A DNA stretch of 26,335 bases from a virus. Taxonomy: Duplodnaviria > Caudoviricetes. Both the position numbers and the translations under genes were made by a program. The DNA lies in the IMG/VR virus record IMGVR_UViG_3300027969_000380, positions 1-26,335 of that record. One strand, given 5' to 3'. The notes under the pieces are model-generated. The model was not told the origin of the DNA, made no database searches, and worked only from the letters and a program-made list of their open reading frames with translations. How positions within the stretch are numbered: the stretch's first letter is position 1; each line of letters opens with the position of its first letter. This document shows, in pieces, positions 1-9,462 of the stretch.

Positions 1-1167
1 GTAGAAATCATAAGATCCACGACGGAAACCAGAGAAACCTAAGTTTAAAGCCATTTGCTCAGAGTTTTCGAATAAACCGTAAGCAACACCACCAGCAGCG
101 CCAGCAGATAAAGAAGCTAACATGTCGTCGAAATCAAGAGAAGTAGCTCTGTTCAAGAAGAACATGTTTTCTTCAATAGCTCCTTGAGTATCTAAACCTT
201 TTAAGATTGAATCAAAATCAGATAAACCTGCAGCAGCAGTAAAGTTGTTTACGATATTACCTCTTTCTTTTACAGCAGAGAAAAGACCTTGAGTTCCTTT
301 GATGTTATTACCACTTGTTAAAGTAGAACCACCAGAAACTAATTCACCTTCAATTACAGCCATTTCTAAGTAATCCTCAAAACGTAATCTTGTTTCAGAT
401 TCAGCTTTTAAATACCACAAGAAACCACCAGTACCATCTTCAGTAGCAACTTCAACCCAACCGATTTGAGCAGTATCAGATCCAGAAATTTGGTATCTTT
501 CTTTGATGATGATAGGTGAATTACTATATTGTGTGAAAGAAGGAGTTACAGAGTTTAAAGTAGCATCTGTAGTTCCTTTTTTGAATTCAGAACCATATAC
601 AAAGATTTTAAGATCTCCATTTCCTACTGTAGTAACAGGGAAAATAACAGCTCCAGTAGCTAAATCAGCTTGAGTATAAGGTTTTACAGTAAGAACAGCA
701 GGATTAGTAGCACCACCTGAACCAGTAACTGGATCAGCAGTAGAAGCAGTAACATAAACTTTAAGTTCTTTTCCAGTAGAAGGACTCATGATAACCAATG
801 TTTGACCAACAGAAATAACGTTGTTAACAAAGTTAACTCCAGTAGAACCAGTAGCAAATTGTAATTGAGTAGCGTTTACTACAGAAACTTGATTATAAGC
901 AATATGTAATCTGTTTTGTTCAGACCAAACTACTTGGTCAGAAGACATAGGCATTTCAGCACCTACCATACGTAAGAATCCAGAAAGAGTTCTGTTTCCA
1001 TAACGCTCTACTTCAGCTTCGTAGATTTCAGGTAAGTATTGTTGCGCGAAATCATTACCAGAACCATTTGTAAAGTTTAAGTAATTTGTTTCTAACGCTT
1101 GTTGTTTTTGAGACGGTTTAATTGAACCGTAAGGAGTACCCGTTTGGGTATTAACCATGTTAGACAT
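1..1167 (-). CDS. Major capsid protein (3' end beyond window)
   Basis: Not in the ORF track because it runs off the edge. ATG at 1167; both ends translate in the same frame: MSNMVNTQTGTPYGSIKPSQ...FAQQYLPEIYEAEVERYGNRTLSGFLRMVGAEMPMSSDQVVWSEQNRLH...ALNLGFSGFRRGSYDFY. Lies after portal and scaffold, with strongly biased codon use. Confidence 0.85.
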   Translation of the reverse strand, partial: MSNMVNTQTGTPYGSIKPSQKQQALETNYLNFTNGSGNDFAQQYLPEIYEAEVERYGNRTLSGFLRMVGAEMPMSSDQVVWSEQNRLHIAYNQVSVVNATQLQFATGSTGVNFVNNVISVGQTLVIMSPSTGKELKVYVTASTADPVTGSGGATNPAVLTVKPYTQADLATGAVIFPVTTVGNGDLKIFVYGSEFKKGTTDATLNSVTPSFTQYSNSPIIIKERYQISGSDTAQIGWVEVATEDGTGGFLWYLKAESETRLRFEDYLEMAVIEGELVSGGSTLTSGNNIKGTQGLFSAVKERGNIVNNFTAAAGLSDFDSILKGLDTQGAIEENMFFLNRATSLDFDDMLASLSAGAAGGVAYGLFENSEQMALNLGFSGFRRGSYDFY

Positions 1168-1178
1168 AATCTTTAATT

Positions 1179-2363
1179 TTAATTGTTAAATTTTTTTGTT
1201 TGTATTCTTAATTTTGAAGAATCAAAACCACTAATAGATTTAACTCTTAAACCATTAACAAAAACTTCTCCAGCAGTTTGTCTGGGTTGTGTTGATCCTG
1301 GGTTTTTAGAATTAGTAATCACTTCTTTGATTGCGTCTGCTTTTCCTTGTTCGTAAAAGTGTTGTGCAATCTTATCAGAATTCATAGCGGTATACAAAGC
1401 CTTGTGGTAACTTTTTTGATCATTAATATTTCCTTCTTTATCCAGGAACTTCCCGAGAAAATTGTTAATGTCCGATTGTTTCTCCGCAACCTGTTCGTTG
1501 TTTTGAACAGAGTATCTAAATCTCTTATCACCAACACTGTATTCAAAACCTTTGAAATCGTTAGTAAATAAATTTTTAGTTTCCTGTTTAAACTTTTCAT
1601 GTCGCAGTTTAGACTCGTCTTCACTCTTCTTATATCTGTTGAAAAAATCAAATGCCTCTTGTTGTTCTTTAGATACGCCCGGTCTCAACTTGATCTCGTC
1701 GTAGTATTGATTCTTAATTGACTCTAAGTGGTTTTTTGCTTTTGCAACTTCTTCTTTAAAAGCGAGTTTCTTTTTTCTAATATCTCGCTCTTCATCTATA
1801 TCCTCATCATAAGCAAAGTTGTCTTCCAATAAAAATTGAATTTCTTCTTTATCTAAATGAGGTTTAGTTCTTTTATAATATTCTTTTAATAATGTTTTTT
1901 CATCTACGCTAGAATAATCTGTGTTTAATCTAACATAATCTTCAACAGTACCACCAGTTTCTTCCATGAAGTTAACTAACTTCTCTATGTTTTCTGGTAA
2001 AGGTTTTCCAGTGTTAATTTGCTCTTGAACATGTTTTTCTACTTGTTGTTCAACTGTTTTAACTTCTTCTTTTACTTCTTCGTTACTGATTTCTTGAATA
2101 ACATTCTCAACGGTCCCTTCGTTTCCTCGCTCCATTTCTTGCAATTCCACTTTGGGTTGTTCTGTGCGTAACACGCTTGCATCTGTGCTTTGTTCTTGAA
2201 TGGCATCTTTTTCTGTGTTTGGTATTACAACCTTTGTTACTTCTTGTTCTACGTTTGGTGTAGAAAAATCTACCTTAGTAATCTTATCTTCTTTAGTTAG
2301 ATTTCTAGGTTTTTTTGGTTTTTGGATTTTAAATTCTCCTTCTTGTTTTACAATTTCTGACAT
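1179..2363 (-). CDS. Probable capsid scaffolding/assembly protein
   Basis: 394 aa, acidic E/K-rich disordered N-terminus and helical C-terminal half; located between portal and MCP. Confidence 0.65.
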   Translation of the reverse strand: MSEIVKQEGEFKIQKPKKPRNLTKEDKITKVDFSTPNVEQEVTKVVIPNTEKDAIQEQSTDASVLRTEQPKVELQEMERGNEGTVENVIQEISNEEVKEEVKTVEQQVEKHVQEQINTGKPLPENIEKLVNFMEETGGTVEDYVRLNTDYSSVDEKTLLKEYYKRTKPHLDKEEIQFLLEDNFAYDEDIDEERDIRKKKLAFKEEVAKAKNHLESIKNQYYDEIKLRPGVSKEQQEAFDFFNRYKKSEDESKLRHEKFKQETKNLFTNDFKGFEYSVGDKRFRYSVQNNEQVAEKQSDINNFLGKFLDKEGNINDQKSYHKALYTAMNSDKIAQHFYEQGKADAIKEVITNSKNPGSTQPRQTAGEVFVNGLRVKSISGFDSSKLRIQTKKFNN

Positions 2364-2393
2364 AATATAATATAATTAAATAGTTATTTTTTT

Positions 2394-4787
2394 TTACAAA
2401 CCTAAATCCTGTAAACCAGCAAATTGTGCTGATTCAAAACTTTGTGGTAATGAGTTTGTTTTTCTCTGCTGAACTAATTCAGACGCTTGAGTTGCTTGTA
2501 TTCTGGTTCTCTCATCTTTTCTATCTTCTGCCAATAGCAGATTTTGATTCTGTGTCTGAGATTTTAACTGTTCCAACTGCATGTTGTATTGAAACTGCTG
2601 TTCTGCTAATTGCTGTTTTAATTGCATCTCTGTTTGAATTTTTTGTATATCAAATTCAGATTTAGCTCTTTCTATATTTATAGTTTCTTGTGTTAACGCT
2701 TGTTGTTTTTGAACTTCGAACAACGCTGTTTGTTGAGCAGTTTGTTGGTTCGCTTGTGCTTGTGCTTGTATGTTTGCCATTTGAGCAGCTTGAGCAGCTT
2801 TTTGTTTTTTAGACTTTCTAAGTTTTAATAATTGATTTGCTAGTTTTAAATTCTTTATTTGTCTAACATCAATAGCATCATCTAAGTCTATTGTTCCGCT
2901 TTGTAAAGCTACTTGTATATTTTGTTCTAACATAGCTTTTTCTTCTTCATCTGGTTCTAAATCTAAATAGATACCAAAATCATGAAGGTTTAAGTTTTTT
3001 ATTTCTCTTAAAGTAGATACATTATAAGTAGTTATACTTTGTTCTAATACCTTTGCTGTTAAAGGGAAATCTAAACAATCTGCAATTCTAAGAGATATGT
3101 TTTCACATGTTCTAAGAGTTAAATAAAGACTTGCTTGTAATATATGTTTAGTAGCGGTATTTGATGCGTTAGCGGCCATTTTCTGTAAACCAACTAAAGT
3201 ATCTTTTTCTACCATACTTCCGTCTCTAGCTTCATTTAATCCCGTGACATCTCTTATCAATTGTAAATAATACTGATATGTTTGTATAAGTGAAGCTATT
3301 TTTGCTTGACCAGAAGAACTAGTTAATTCCTGAATCGGAACTTTACCAGCATTCATTCCACCTTCTTGTGTTAATGATCTACCAACTATACTACCAGTTT
3401 GGAAATACATATTTAATGCTTCTGCTGGATTATAATTTGTGCCATTACCTAAATCAACCTCTGCTAAACCATCAATATCTAAAAACACCCCATCAGGAAC
3501 TATCTTAGACATTACTTGTTGTAATTTAAGGTGAGTTAATTGAATTATATCAGCAAATCCAGTTATCTTGTTTACGGTAGAATCAATTCTACCTTTATAC
3601 ATTCTAGGTGCACATATAACATAATTCATTTCTACTTTGGTAGTATCAGCGAAAGGTCTTGTCATGTTTTCTGACAATTTCCATTCTAACATCATATTAG
3701 TACCTAGTATTTTTGCACCGGTATATAATACTTCTATTGTTCTTGATACTCTTTCAAAATTATCGTTTAATGGAGGATTAAACTCATCTGTTTTTTCAAT
3801 AGCTTTTTCAAGTCCATTTTCTCCATATTTTATTTTAAAAACTTGATTCATGTAAGTCTTATATTCAAAATATAAAACCTGAACAGTGTTTTCATCGTAA
3901 TTACCCCAACCAGTAATGTATTGTCTATTACCTGGCATTTGTTGTATCTTATACAATTCTTCTTCGCTCATGCTAGGAAATTGCATCTTTAATTCTGGAA
4001 TAGTAACTGCTTTAACTTCTCCAACATAATATATGTCTTCAAAATTTGGATCTTCGGTATATGAATAAACTAAGTAAGCAGGATCAACATATTCTGTTCT
4101 AATACCCTCACTTTTATTAAAATTAGTTTTAACACATCCTATACCTAATACTGTTAAATCATAGTTAAATCTTCTACGAATTAAATCCCATTTATTATTA
4201 GCAAGAACGTTATTAATAGCTTCTTCTTCTGCAATCTCAATAGATTGTTTATAAGATAACTGCATGTGTAAGTCTAACTCTTCTTTTGTTTCTGGCAACT
4301 CATCTTGTGGAAGAGGAGAAGCAGAAAAATCTTGACCAGTTATTCCATTAGCTTTCATAACTAAATCCTGAGAGTACATGTCTCTAAGTATTGATTGAGC
4401 GTAAGAAGTTCTAGCTTGTAAAGACTCTGGATCTTGAGCGTATGCTTTTATATCATAAGTCTTTTGTGACATACCATTAACTACTATATCTACAAATTTA
4501 GATATAACAGGTATTGGTTTCCAGTCTATGTTAAGATAAGATAAATCACCGTTAGTTGCTAATTCATCTTTATATTTTTGTACAGATTGTTCTCCTCTAG
4601 CATATAATCTTAGTTGGTGGAAATTATTCCAGTTAGTTAAGTATCTATTACCGGTAGTTCTACCTTGATCAAACCATTCTTGTTCTATAGCACGTGAAAC
4701 CTGAAGTCCATATTCTTCAGAAGCTTTAACCGCATCAGGTACCACCTGACTAGGAAATGCGCTATTTGTATTTGTGTATATATTCAT
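2394..4787 (-). CDS. Portal protein
   Basis: 797 aa directly after terL; IRDVTGLNEARDG-type segment and long Gln-rich C-terminal coiled coil (barrel) typical of podovirus/crAss-like portals. Confidence 0.85.
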   Translation of the reverse strand: MNIYTNTNSAFPSQVVPDAVKASEEYGLQVSRAIEQEWFDQGRTTGNRYLTNWNNFHQLRLYARGEQSVQKYKDELATNGDLSYLNIDWKPIPVISKFVDIVVNGMSQKTYDIKAYAQDPESLQARTSYAQSILRDMYSQDLVMKANGITGQDFSASPLPQDELPETKEELDLHMQLSYKQSIEIAEEEAINNVLANNKWDLIRRRFNYDLTVLGIGCVKTNFNKSEGIRTEYVDPAYLVYSYTEDPNFEDIYYVGEVKAVTIPELKMQFPSMSEEELYKIQQMPGNRQYITGWGNYDENTVQVLYFEYKTYMNQVFKIKYGENGLEKAIEKTDEFNPPLNDNFERVSRTIEVLYTGAKILGTNMMLEWKLSENMTRPFADTTKVEMNYVICAPRMYKGRIDSTVNKITGFADIIQLTHLKLQQVMSKIVPDGVFLDIDGLAEVDLGNGTNYNPAEALNMYFQTGSIVGRSLTQEGGMNAGKVPIQELTSSSGQAKIASLIQTYQYYLQLIRDVTGLNEARDGSMVEKDTLVGLQKMAANASNTATKHILQASLYLTLRTCENISLRIADCLDFPLTAKVLEQSITTYNVSTLREIKNLNLHDFGIYLDLEPDEEEKAMLEQNIQVALQSGTIDLDDAIDVRQIKNLKLANQLLKLRKSKKQKAAQAAQMANIQAQAQANQQTAQQTALFEVQKQQALTQETINIERAKSEFDIQKIQTEMQLKQQLAEQQFQYNMQLEQLKSQTQNQNLLLAEDRKDERTRIQATQASELVQQRKTNSLPQSFESAQFAGLQDLGL

Positions 4788-7009
4788 TTATTATATATTT
4801 TTGATGAAGAACCTGTATTATCGTATTTTTTAATTCCTAAATTATATACCTGTCTAACAATAGGAGCTGAAGGTGTATATCTATTTTTGTTACAAGCCAT
4901 TATAGCTAAACCAGAACTAATAGAAGCGTCATACTTTGTTCTATCATTAATATTAAATCTAGCCCAGTCATTTAATGTTCTATTAAAGTACATATCTCCA
5001 AAACCATCTTCACGCATACCAACGTATTCTTCTATATATGATTCTATAGCGGCCGCGTGAGCTTGTTTTATATCTTCACTTGAGTTTGGTATACCCCCAA
5101 TGTCTCTTTCTGTTATAGAGAGTTTATTCCAAACTTTGTCTGGTCTATTCATAGAGTAACCTCTATAACCTCTTCTTTTAAAATGAAATAGTAATCTAGG
5201 TTTATTATTCTCAGCTAGTATAGGCATTCCATAAAATACACAAGCCATCAAAACTTCTTCAAAAAATATCTCAGCTGTTTGAGGTCTTGCAATGTATTCT
5301 AAAAAGAAACTATTAGGTGGAACATCTTCCATTGAGAATTTAGTTAATCCACTCAAAGCTCCATTAGATCCTTTACCATCTACCGTTCCTGATATATCAT
5401 AAGGGTCACATCCAAAAGCGCCACAATGTTCATTACCTGGATATTTAACACCATTTCTAATTACAACGTGATTTTGTAAGTGTAATGGTGGAACCCAAGA
5501 AACTAAAAACCTACCATCTTTATTAGGATAAAATATTACCCTAGTATCTGGTATACCGTTTTCCCATTGAAAACTTCCTCTAGTTAATACATTTGTATTT
5601 CTTAAATCTTCATTATAATCTATCTGTTCGTATATTCTAGTTAGATTAAATAAAGACTGTTTAGTCTCATCTCTAAAAGCATGTTGTTCTGTTCTTGGAA
5701 ACTGACGATAGTATTCATTTAAACCGTCTTGATCTGACTTTAAACCATCAACTTCATTCTGCCAATGTTCTATAACACCATATTCAATCCAATTACCATC
5801 TACACCTTTAACTGCTTCTTTTGGAGTATCGAATACAGGTAACCCATAAGTATCAATGAATCCCTCGTAGGACCATTCCATAGGTATGAACAAACTATAT
5901 AATCCTGAACTAGTCTGTCCATTGCGGTTTCTTTTTGTAACATCAGAGTTGTAATAAAGAGTTTTAAAATTTTCTCCTCCTTTATCTAAAGCGTTTGATG
6001 TTGAACCCATCATACACTTACCAATAATTCTACTACCTAATCTTAGAGTTGTTTTTGTAACCCTCCAGTTGTTTAATATATTATCAGGTCTCTCCCATTT
6101 TCCACTTTCATCATGTACTAATAGTTTTAACTTTTCACCGTCATAACTATTATCCCCAGTATTCTTCCAGTCAATAGTTGTATCAAGACCTTCCATATCA
6201 GTAGCAAGATCGTTATTATCTAACTTTCTTCTAGTTAATTTAGAAGCAGGTATTCTATATGCTAATTCTGTTTTAGGTCTATCCATACCATCTTGGATAG
6301 GTTTAAAAAAGAAAGGATAGTTAATTGATATTGGTACTACTTTATCTGTAAACATTTTTTTAGCATCTGCTCCAGACTTAGATAATATACCAAATCTTGA
6401 ATCACTAGATATTGTCGCTAAGTTTACTAATTCAGCAGATGACATAAATGAAAATCCAGAACGTCTATTTTTTAAATAACACATTCCATAACATCTAGAA
6501 TCTGCTTTGCAAGCTTCCCAAAAAATAAAGAACAATCTATTTGACTCTCTATAATCTGGTGCTCCAACGTCAATTTTACTCCATTGAAGATACATATAAT
6601 GTGTACCCGTTATGTAAGTTGGTTTACCATTATTATAAAAGAACAAACCTTCTTCTCTATATTTAAACTCGTTATCTATGTAATCATACCAACGATCTTT
6701 AAAAGCATCTGTTTGTTTATTCCAATCAAATGTACTTTTAATTTTACCTATTTCTTTTGGGAAATCCATTTGTTCCCAATATTGCTCTTCCTTTTTATTA
6801 GACCTTGAATAAGCGTCTTCTACAAGTGGTAATGCTATTTTTAGATTTTGGATTTCAATGATTTCACCAATCTTTCCAGTCTTACTAATAACAACCACGT
6901 CATGATCCTTATCATACCCATATTTCCATTTATTAAGACGGTTGTTTTGTTTTATAACACTAGATTTTATATAGTCTGGTATTATTTTGTATAGTGATTG
7001 TTCGTACAT
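4784..7009 (-). CDS. terL: Terminase large subunit
   Basis: Variant Walker A (LKNRRSGFS), Walker B (LLVHDESGKW), coupling motif (MMGST), RNase H-like nuclease acidic motifs (FGCDPYD, AENN, KYDASISSGLA). Confidence 0.9.
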   Translation of the reverse strand: MYEQSLYKIIPDYIKSSVIKQNNRLNKWKYGYDKDHDVVVISKTGKIGEIIEIQNLKIALPLVEDAYSRSNKKEEQYWEQMDFPKEIGKIKSTFDWNKQTDAFKDRWYDYIDNEFKYREEGLFFYNNGKPTYITGTHYMYLQWSKIDVGAPDYRESNRLFFIFWEACKADSRCYGMCYLKNRRSGFSFMSSAELVNLATISSDSRFGILSKSGADAKKMFTDKVVPISINYPFFFKPIQDGMDRPKTELAYRIPASKLTRRKLDNNDLATDMEGLDTTIDWKNTGDNSYDGEKLKLLVHDESGKWERPDNILNNWRVTKTTLRLGSRIIGKCMMGSTSNALDKGGENFKTLYYNSDVTKRNRNGQTSSGLYSLFIPMEWSYEGFIDTYGLPVFDTPKEAVKGVDGNWIEYGVIEHWQNEVDGLKSDQDGLNEYYRQFPRTEQHAFRDETKQSLFNLTRIYEQIDYNEDLRNTNVLTRGSFQWENGIPDTRVIFYPNKDGRFLVSWVPPLHLQNHVVIRNGVKYPGNEHCGAFGCDPYDISGTVDGKGSNGALSGLTKFSMEDVPPNSFFLEYIARPQTAEIFFEEVLMACVFYGMPILAENNKPRLLFHFKRRGYRGYSMNRPDKVWNKLSITERDIGGIPNSSEDIKQAHAAAIESYIEEYVGMREDGFGDMYFNRTLNDWARFNINDRTKYDASISSGLAIMACNKNRYTPSAPIVRQVYNLGIKKYDNTGSSSKIYNK

Positions 7010-7284
7010 TACTTAGATCTCCCTTCTGCAAATCCTTTAAATACTTTAGTCTCTATCTCCTTATCACCTTCTTTTAGTAATTTTTCCTCTTCTTCTATTC
7101 TACTTAGAATTTCAAAAGCATCAAATATGGCTAATTTCTTTGTTGCAGCTGCATTTTTTAACTTATCCGCTGACAAATCGTCTTCTCCATTATCTAATAT
7201 TGCCTCTTCAGCAACTTTAATCAACTCGAGTACTGCTTTGTGTCCAGCTAGGATTATATTCTGCTTCGTCTCCTTTACGTTCAT
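7009..7284 (-). CDS. Probable terminase small subunit
   Basis: 91 aa helical protein immediately upstream of terL with stop/start overlap; function inferred from position. Confidence 0.55.
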   Translation of the reverse strand: MNVKETKQNIILAGHKAVLELIKVAEEAILDNGEDDLSADKLKNAAATKKLAIFDAFEILSRIEEEEKLLKEGDKEIETKVFKGFAEGRSK

Positions 7285-7837
7285 ATTTAATTACAATATC
7301 ATTAGATTTCATACAATAGAGTCTTTGTCCTTCAATAACAAAGTCAAATTCCCCAAACGGGGTATATCCAACAAGGTCTCCCTCGTTTATTTTAAGCGCT
7401 TCTAACGAACTATTTCCGTATTTTAATATACCAATAAGGTTCTGTTCTTTATTAAGCTTTAAACTGTCATTATTTTTAAGTGGTTTTATAAAGCATCTGT
7501 CACCAAAAGCCTTCCACTTATCATCATTTTTATATAAATAAATCTGATCTATGTCGCAGAAATATAGATTATCCATGAAGAATGCTCTACTGTTTTTCTG
7601 TTTACCTCTTATATCATAAAATCTTCTAAAAACATTATGATGAATAACTACTAAATCTCCAACTTTAATATCAGTAGAATAAGCTAGCGGGACCGAAACG
7701 ATCTCCGCTAAGTTATTCACAGATTTAAAACTTTCTATTTTGGTATTTATTATAAGGTCTTTACCGTCTATCTTTATTTTATTATTGTATCTTTCACCTA
7801 CTGGCTTTACAATAAAACTAAATACACTTGTCATCAA
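7217..7837 (-). CDS. GroES/Cpn10-like protein, apparently two tandem domains
   Basis: Two Cpn10-like patterns: FIVKP...AEIVSVP...IKVGDLVVIHH and AFGDRCFIKP...INEGDLVGY...IEGQRLYCMKSNDIV. Confidence 0.6.
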   Translation of the reverse strand: MMTSVFSFIVKPVGERYNNKIKIDGKDLIINTKIESFKSVNNLAEIVSVPLAYSTDIKVGDLVVIHHNVFRRFYDIRGKQKNSRAFFMDNLYFCDIDQIYLYKNDDKWKAFGDRCFIKPLKNNDSLKLNKEQNLIGILKYGNSSLEALKINEGDLVGYTPFGEFDFVIEGQRLYCMKSNDIVIKYERKGDEAEYNPSWTQSSTRVD

Positions 7838-8061
7838 TATTCTAAATCGTATTCTATTGAAATAGCCATATTAGCGTTAAAGGTTTTCCAAGGCATTACC
7901 TCGTCTCCTTTTTTTATGTATATACTATATGATGAGTCTTTATCATCTAACTTTATATAAGTTATTTCATGACCTCCGTATACTTGCTGTCCAATAGAAT
8001 AATGCATTGCTTCATTCTTGTAATCAGATCCTATACTTATCTTTCTAATTACAGAATCCAT
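7834..8061 (-). CDS. Hypothetical protein
   Basis: 75 aa ORF translationally coupled to both neighbours. Confidence 0.7.
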   Translation of the reverse strand: MDSVIRKISIGSDYKNEAMHYSIGQQVYGGHEITYIKLDDKDSSYSIYIKKGDEVMPWKTFNANMAISIEYDLEY

Positions 8062-8333
8062 TATTTTTCTTCTTTCGTATCAACAACTACTTCAGCAGGT
8101 TTTTCTACCTCAACATAAGTACCGTCTTCTACATTGATGTTAATATCTCCGTATTCAGCATGTAGTTCAGACTTAAATTCTTCTACTGATTTATTTACTT
8201 CAGCTATCTGATGTAATAAACCGTGTTTTTGAGATTCTAATAGTCCGATGTTTGTCAGTAAAGAGTTTATTTCTTTTTGTTGACCTACAATAACGTTTAA
8301 TTGTTCTTTTTTAATTTGTTTTACTACTTCCAT
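8061..8333 (-). CDS. Hypothetical coiled-coil protein
   Basis: 90 aa with heptad-like helix followed by YGDININVEDG beta segment; A-rich leader. Confidence 0.7.
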   Translation of the reverse strand: MEVVKQIKKEQLNVIVGQQKEINSLLTNIGLLESQKHGLLHQIAEVNKSVEEFKSELHAEYGDININVEDGTYVEVEKPAEVVVDTKEEK

Positions 8334-8361
8334 TTTAGTTAATTTAATTGTTAATTGTTAT

Positions 8362-8724
8362 TTATGATAATGTTAAAAGATATTTTAATTTTGCTGTTTC
8401 TCCAGATAAAGCTTGAGCTAAGTTTGATATATCACCAAATTTTGCCGTATCTCCATAAGTTTCTAAATCTTTAGAAAATTTCATTACTTCATCTGCTATT
8501 TTCATAGAATCTGCTTTTGGATTAATGGCGTCAATCTTTAAAGACTGAATTCTCTTTCCAGTGTAACCCATTAATTTTTCAACTACATCATCTTTGAAAT
8601 CTTGTAGATATTCATAGAATTTTCCTGTAGCCGTATGTTCTGCAAAACTTCTAGTTTCCCAGTGTATTAAATGAAACTGTTCGTGAAAGAACGCTAATTT
8701 TCCTGCAATTTCTTCTGTTGTCAT
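8362..8724 (-). CDS. Dps/ferritin-like four-helix bundle protein (DUF5856-like)
   Basis: HLIHW-x6-H...FYEYLQDFKDDVVEKLMG resembles the Dps ferroxidase H..H..D..E arrangement; ends LKYLLTLS. Confidence 0.7.
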   Translation of the reverse strand: MTTEEIAGKLAFFHEQFHLIHWETRSFAEHTATGKFYEYLQDFKDDVVEKLMGYTGKRIQSLKIDAINPKADSMKIADEVMKFSKDLETYGDTAKFGDISNLAQALSGETAKLKYLLTLS

Positions 8725-8745
8725 ATTATTTTATTTTATTATTTA

Positions 8746-9462
8746 TTATGGCACTGGACAACCATTTAAAGCTGGTCCAACTAAAGTAGTACTTGAGGTT
8801 GCTTCTGCTTTAATATCATTTATTATAACATAATTGTCTGCAAAAGGAGCTTCTATATTTCTAACAACTTGGCCAACCTGCCATGTTTGTGTAGTAGGAC
8901 CGTAATATGATGTTTGCATATTTACAGTTCCATTACAATATTCTTGAAATCCAAAGTAACCAGTAAATGGAGGATTTACTCCACAACTATTATATTTAGG
9001 TCCTTCAACCAAATAATTTGCAATGCATTCCTCTCCTTCTGGAATAATATTACCTAAAATAACTCTAGTGTTAAAATCCGGAGCATATACATAATCACCT
9101 GTATTATAATAAGTAATATCTATTGGCGTTGTACATCCTCTAATTAGTTGTCCTGAACAACTACCTGCTATTGCAAAAGTTTTATATATTGGACAACTAG
9201 TATACGCTGGACCTGATATTGTAATTATTTCGTTGGGATCTGGTAATACTTCAAAAAAAGCACCTAATAAAATTCTAACATCACCAGCTGGAAAATAAAC
9301 ATAATCACCTTCTGAGTAATCTGTAGATAATAATTGTTGAGAATACACATTCTCAAATGTTTTACCTTCGCAATTTCCTTGAATTTTAAACCATCCTGGT
9401 TTACCACCACGTGAACTACTTGTCATTGGCCAGCCAATAGACATGCCATTACCAAATCCCAT
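8746..9462 (-). CDS. Putative head-spike fibre with three Cys-flanked repeats
   Basis: N-terminal MGFGNGMSIGW G-x-G-x-G anchor, then three ~70 aa repeats (F-x-[IF]-x3-C-x-G...G[DQ][YV]V...GP-x4-C); coupled to the spike-base-like gene. Confidence 0.5.
   Translation of the reverse strand: MGFGNGMSIGWPMTSSSRGGKPGWFKIQGNCEGKTFENVYSQQLLSTDYSEGDYVYFPAGDVRILLGAFFEVLPDPNEIITISGPAYTSCPIYKTFAIAGSCSGQLIRGCTTPIDITYYNTGDYVYAPDFNTRVILGNIIPEGEECIANYLVEGPKYNSCGVNPPFTGYFGFQEYCNGTVNMQTSYYGPTTQTWQVGQVVRNIEAPFADNYVIINDIKAEATSSTTLVGPALNGCPVP

Noticed and set aside
4784-7009. Intron or intein in terL
   Set aside because: Single continuous ORF with ATPase and nuclease motifs at ordinary spacing and no intein termini.
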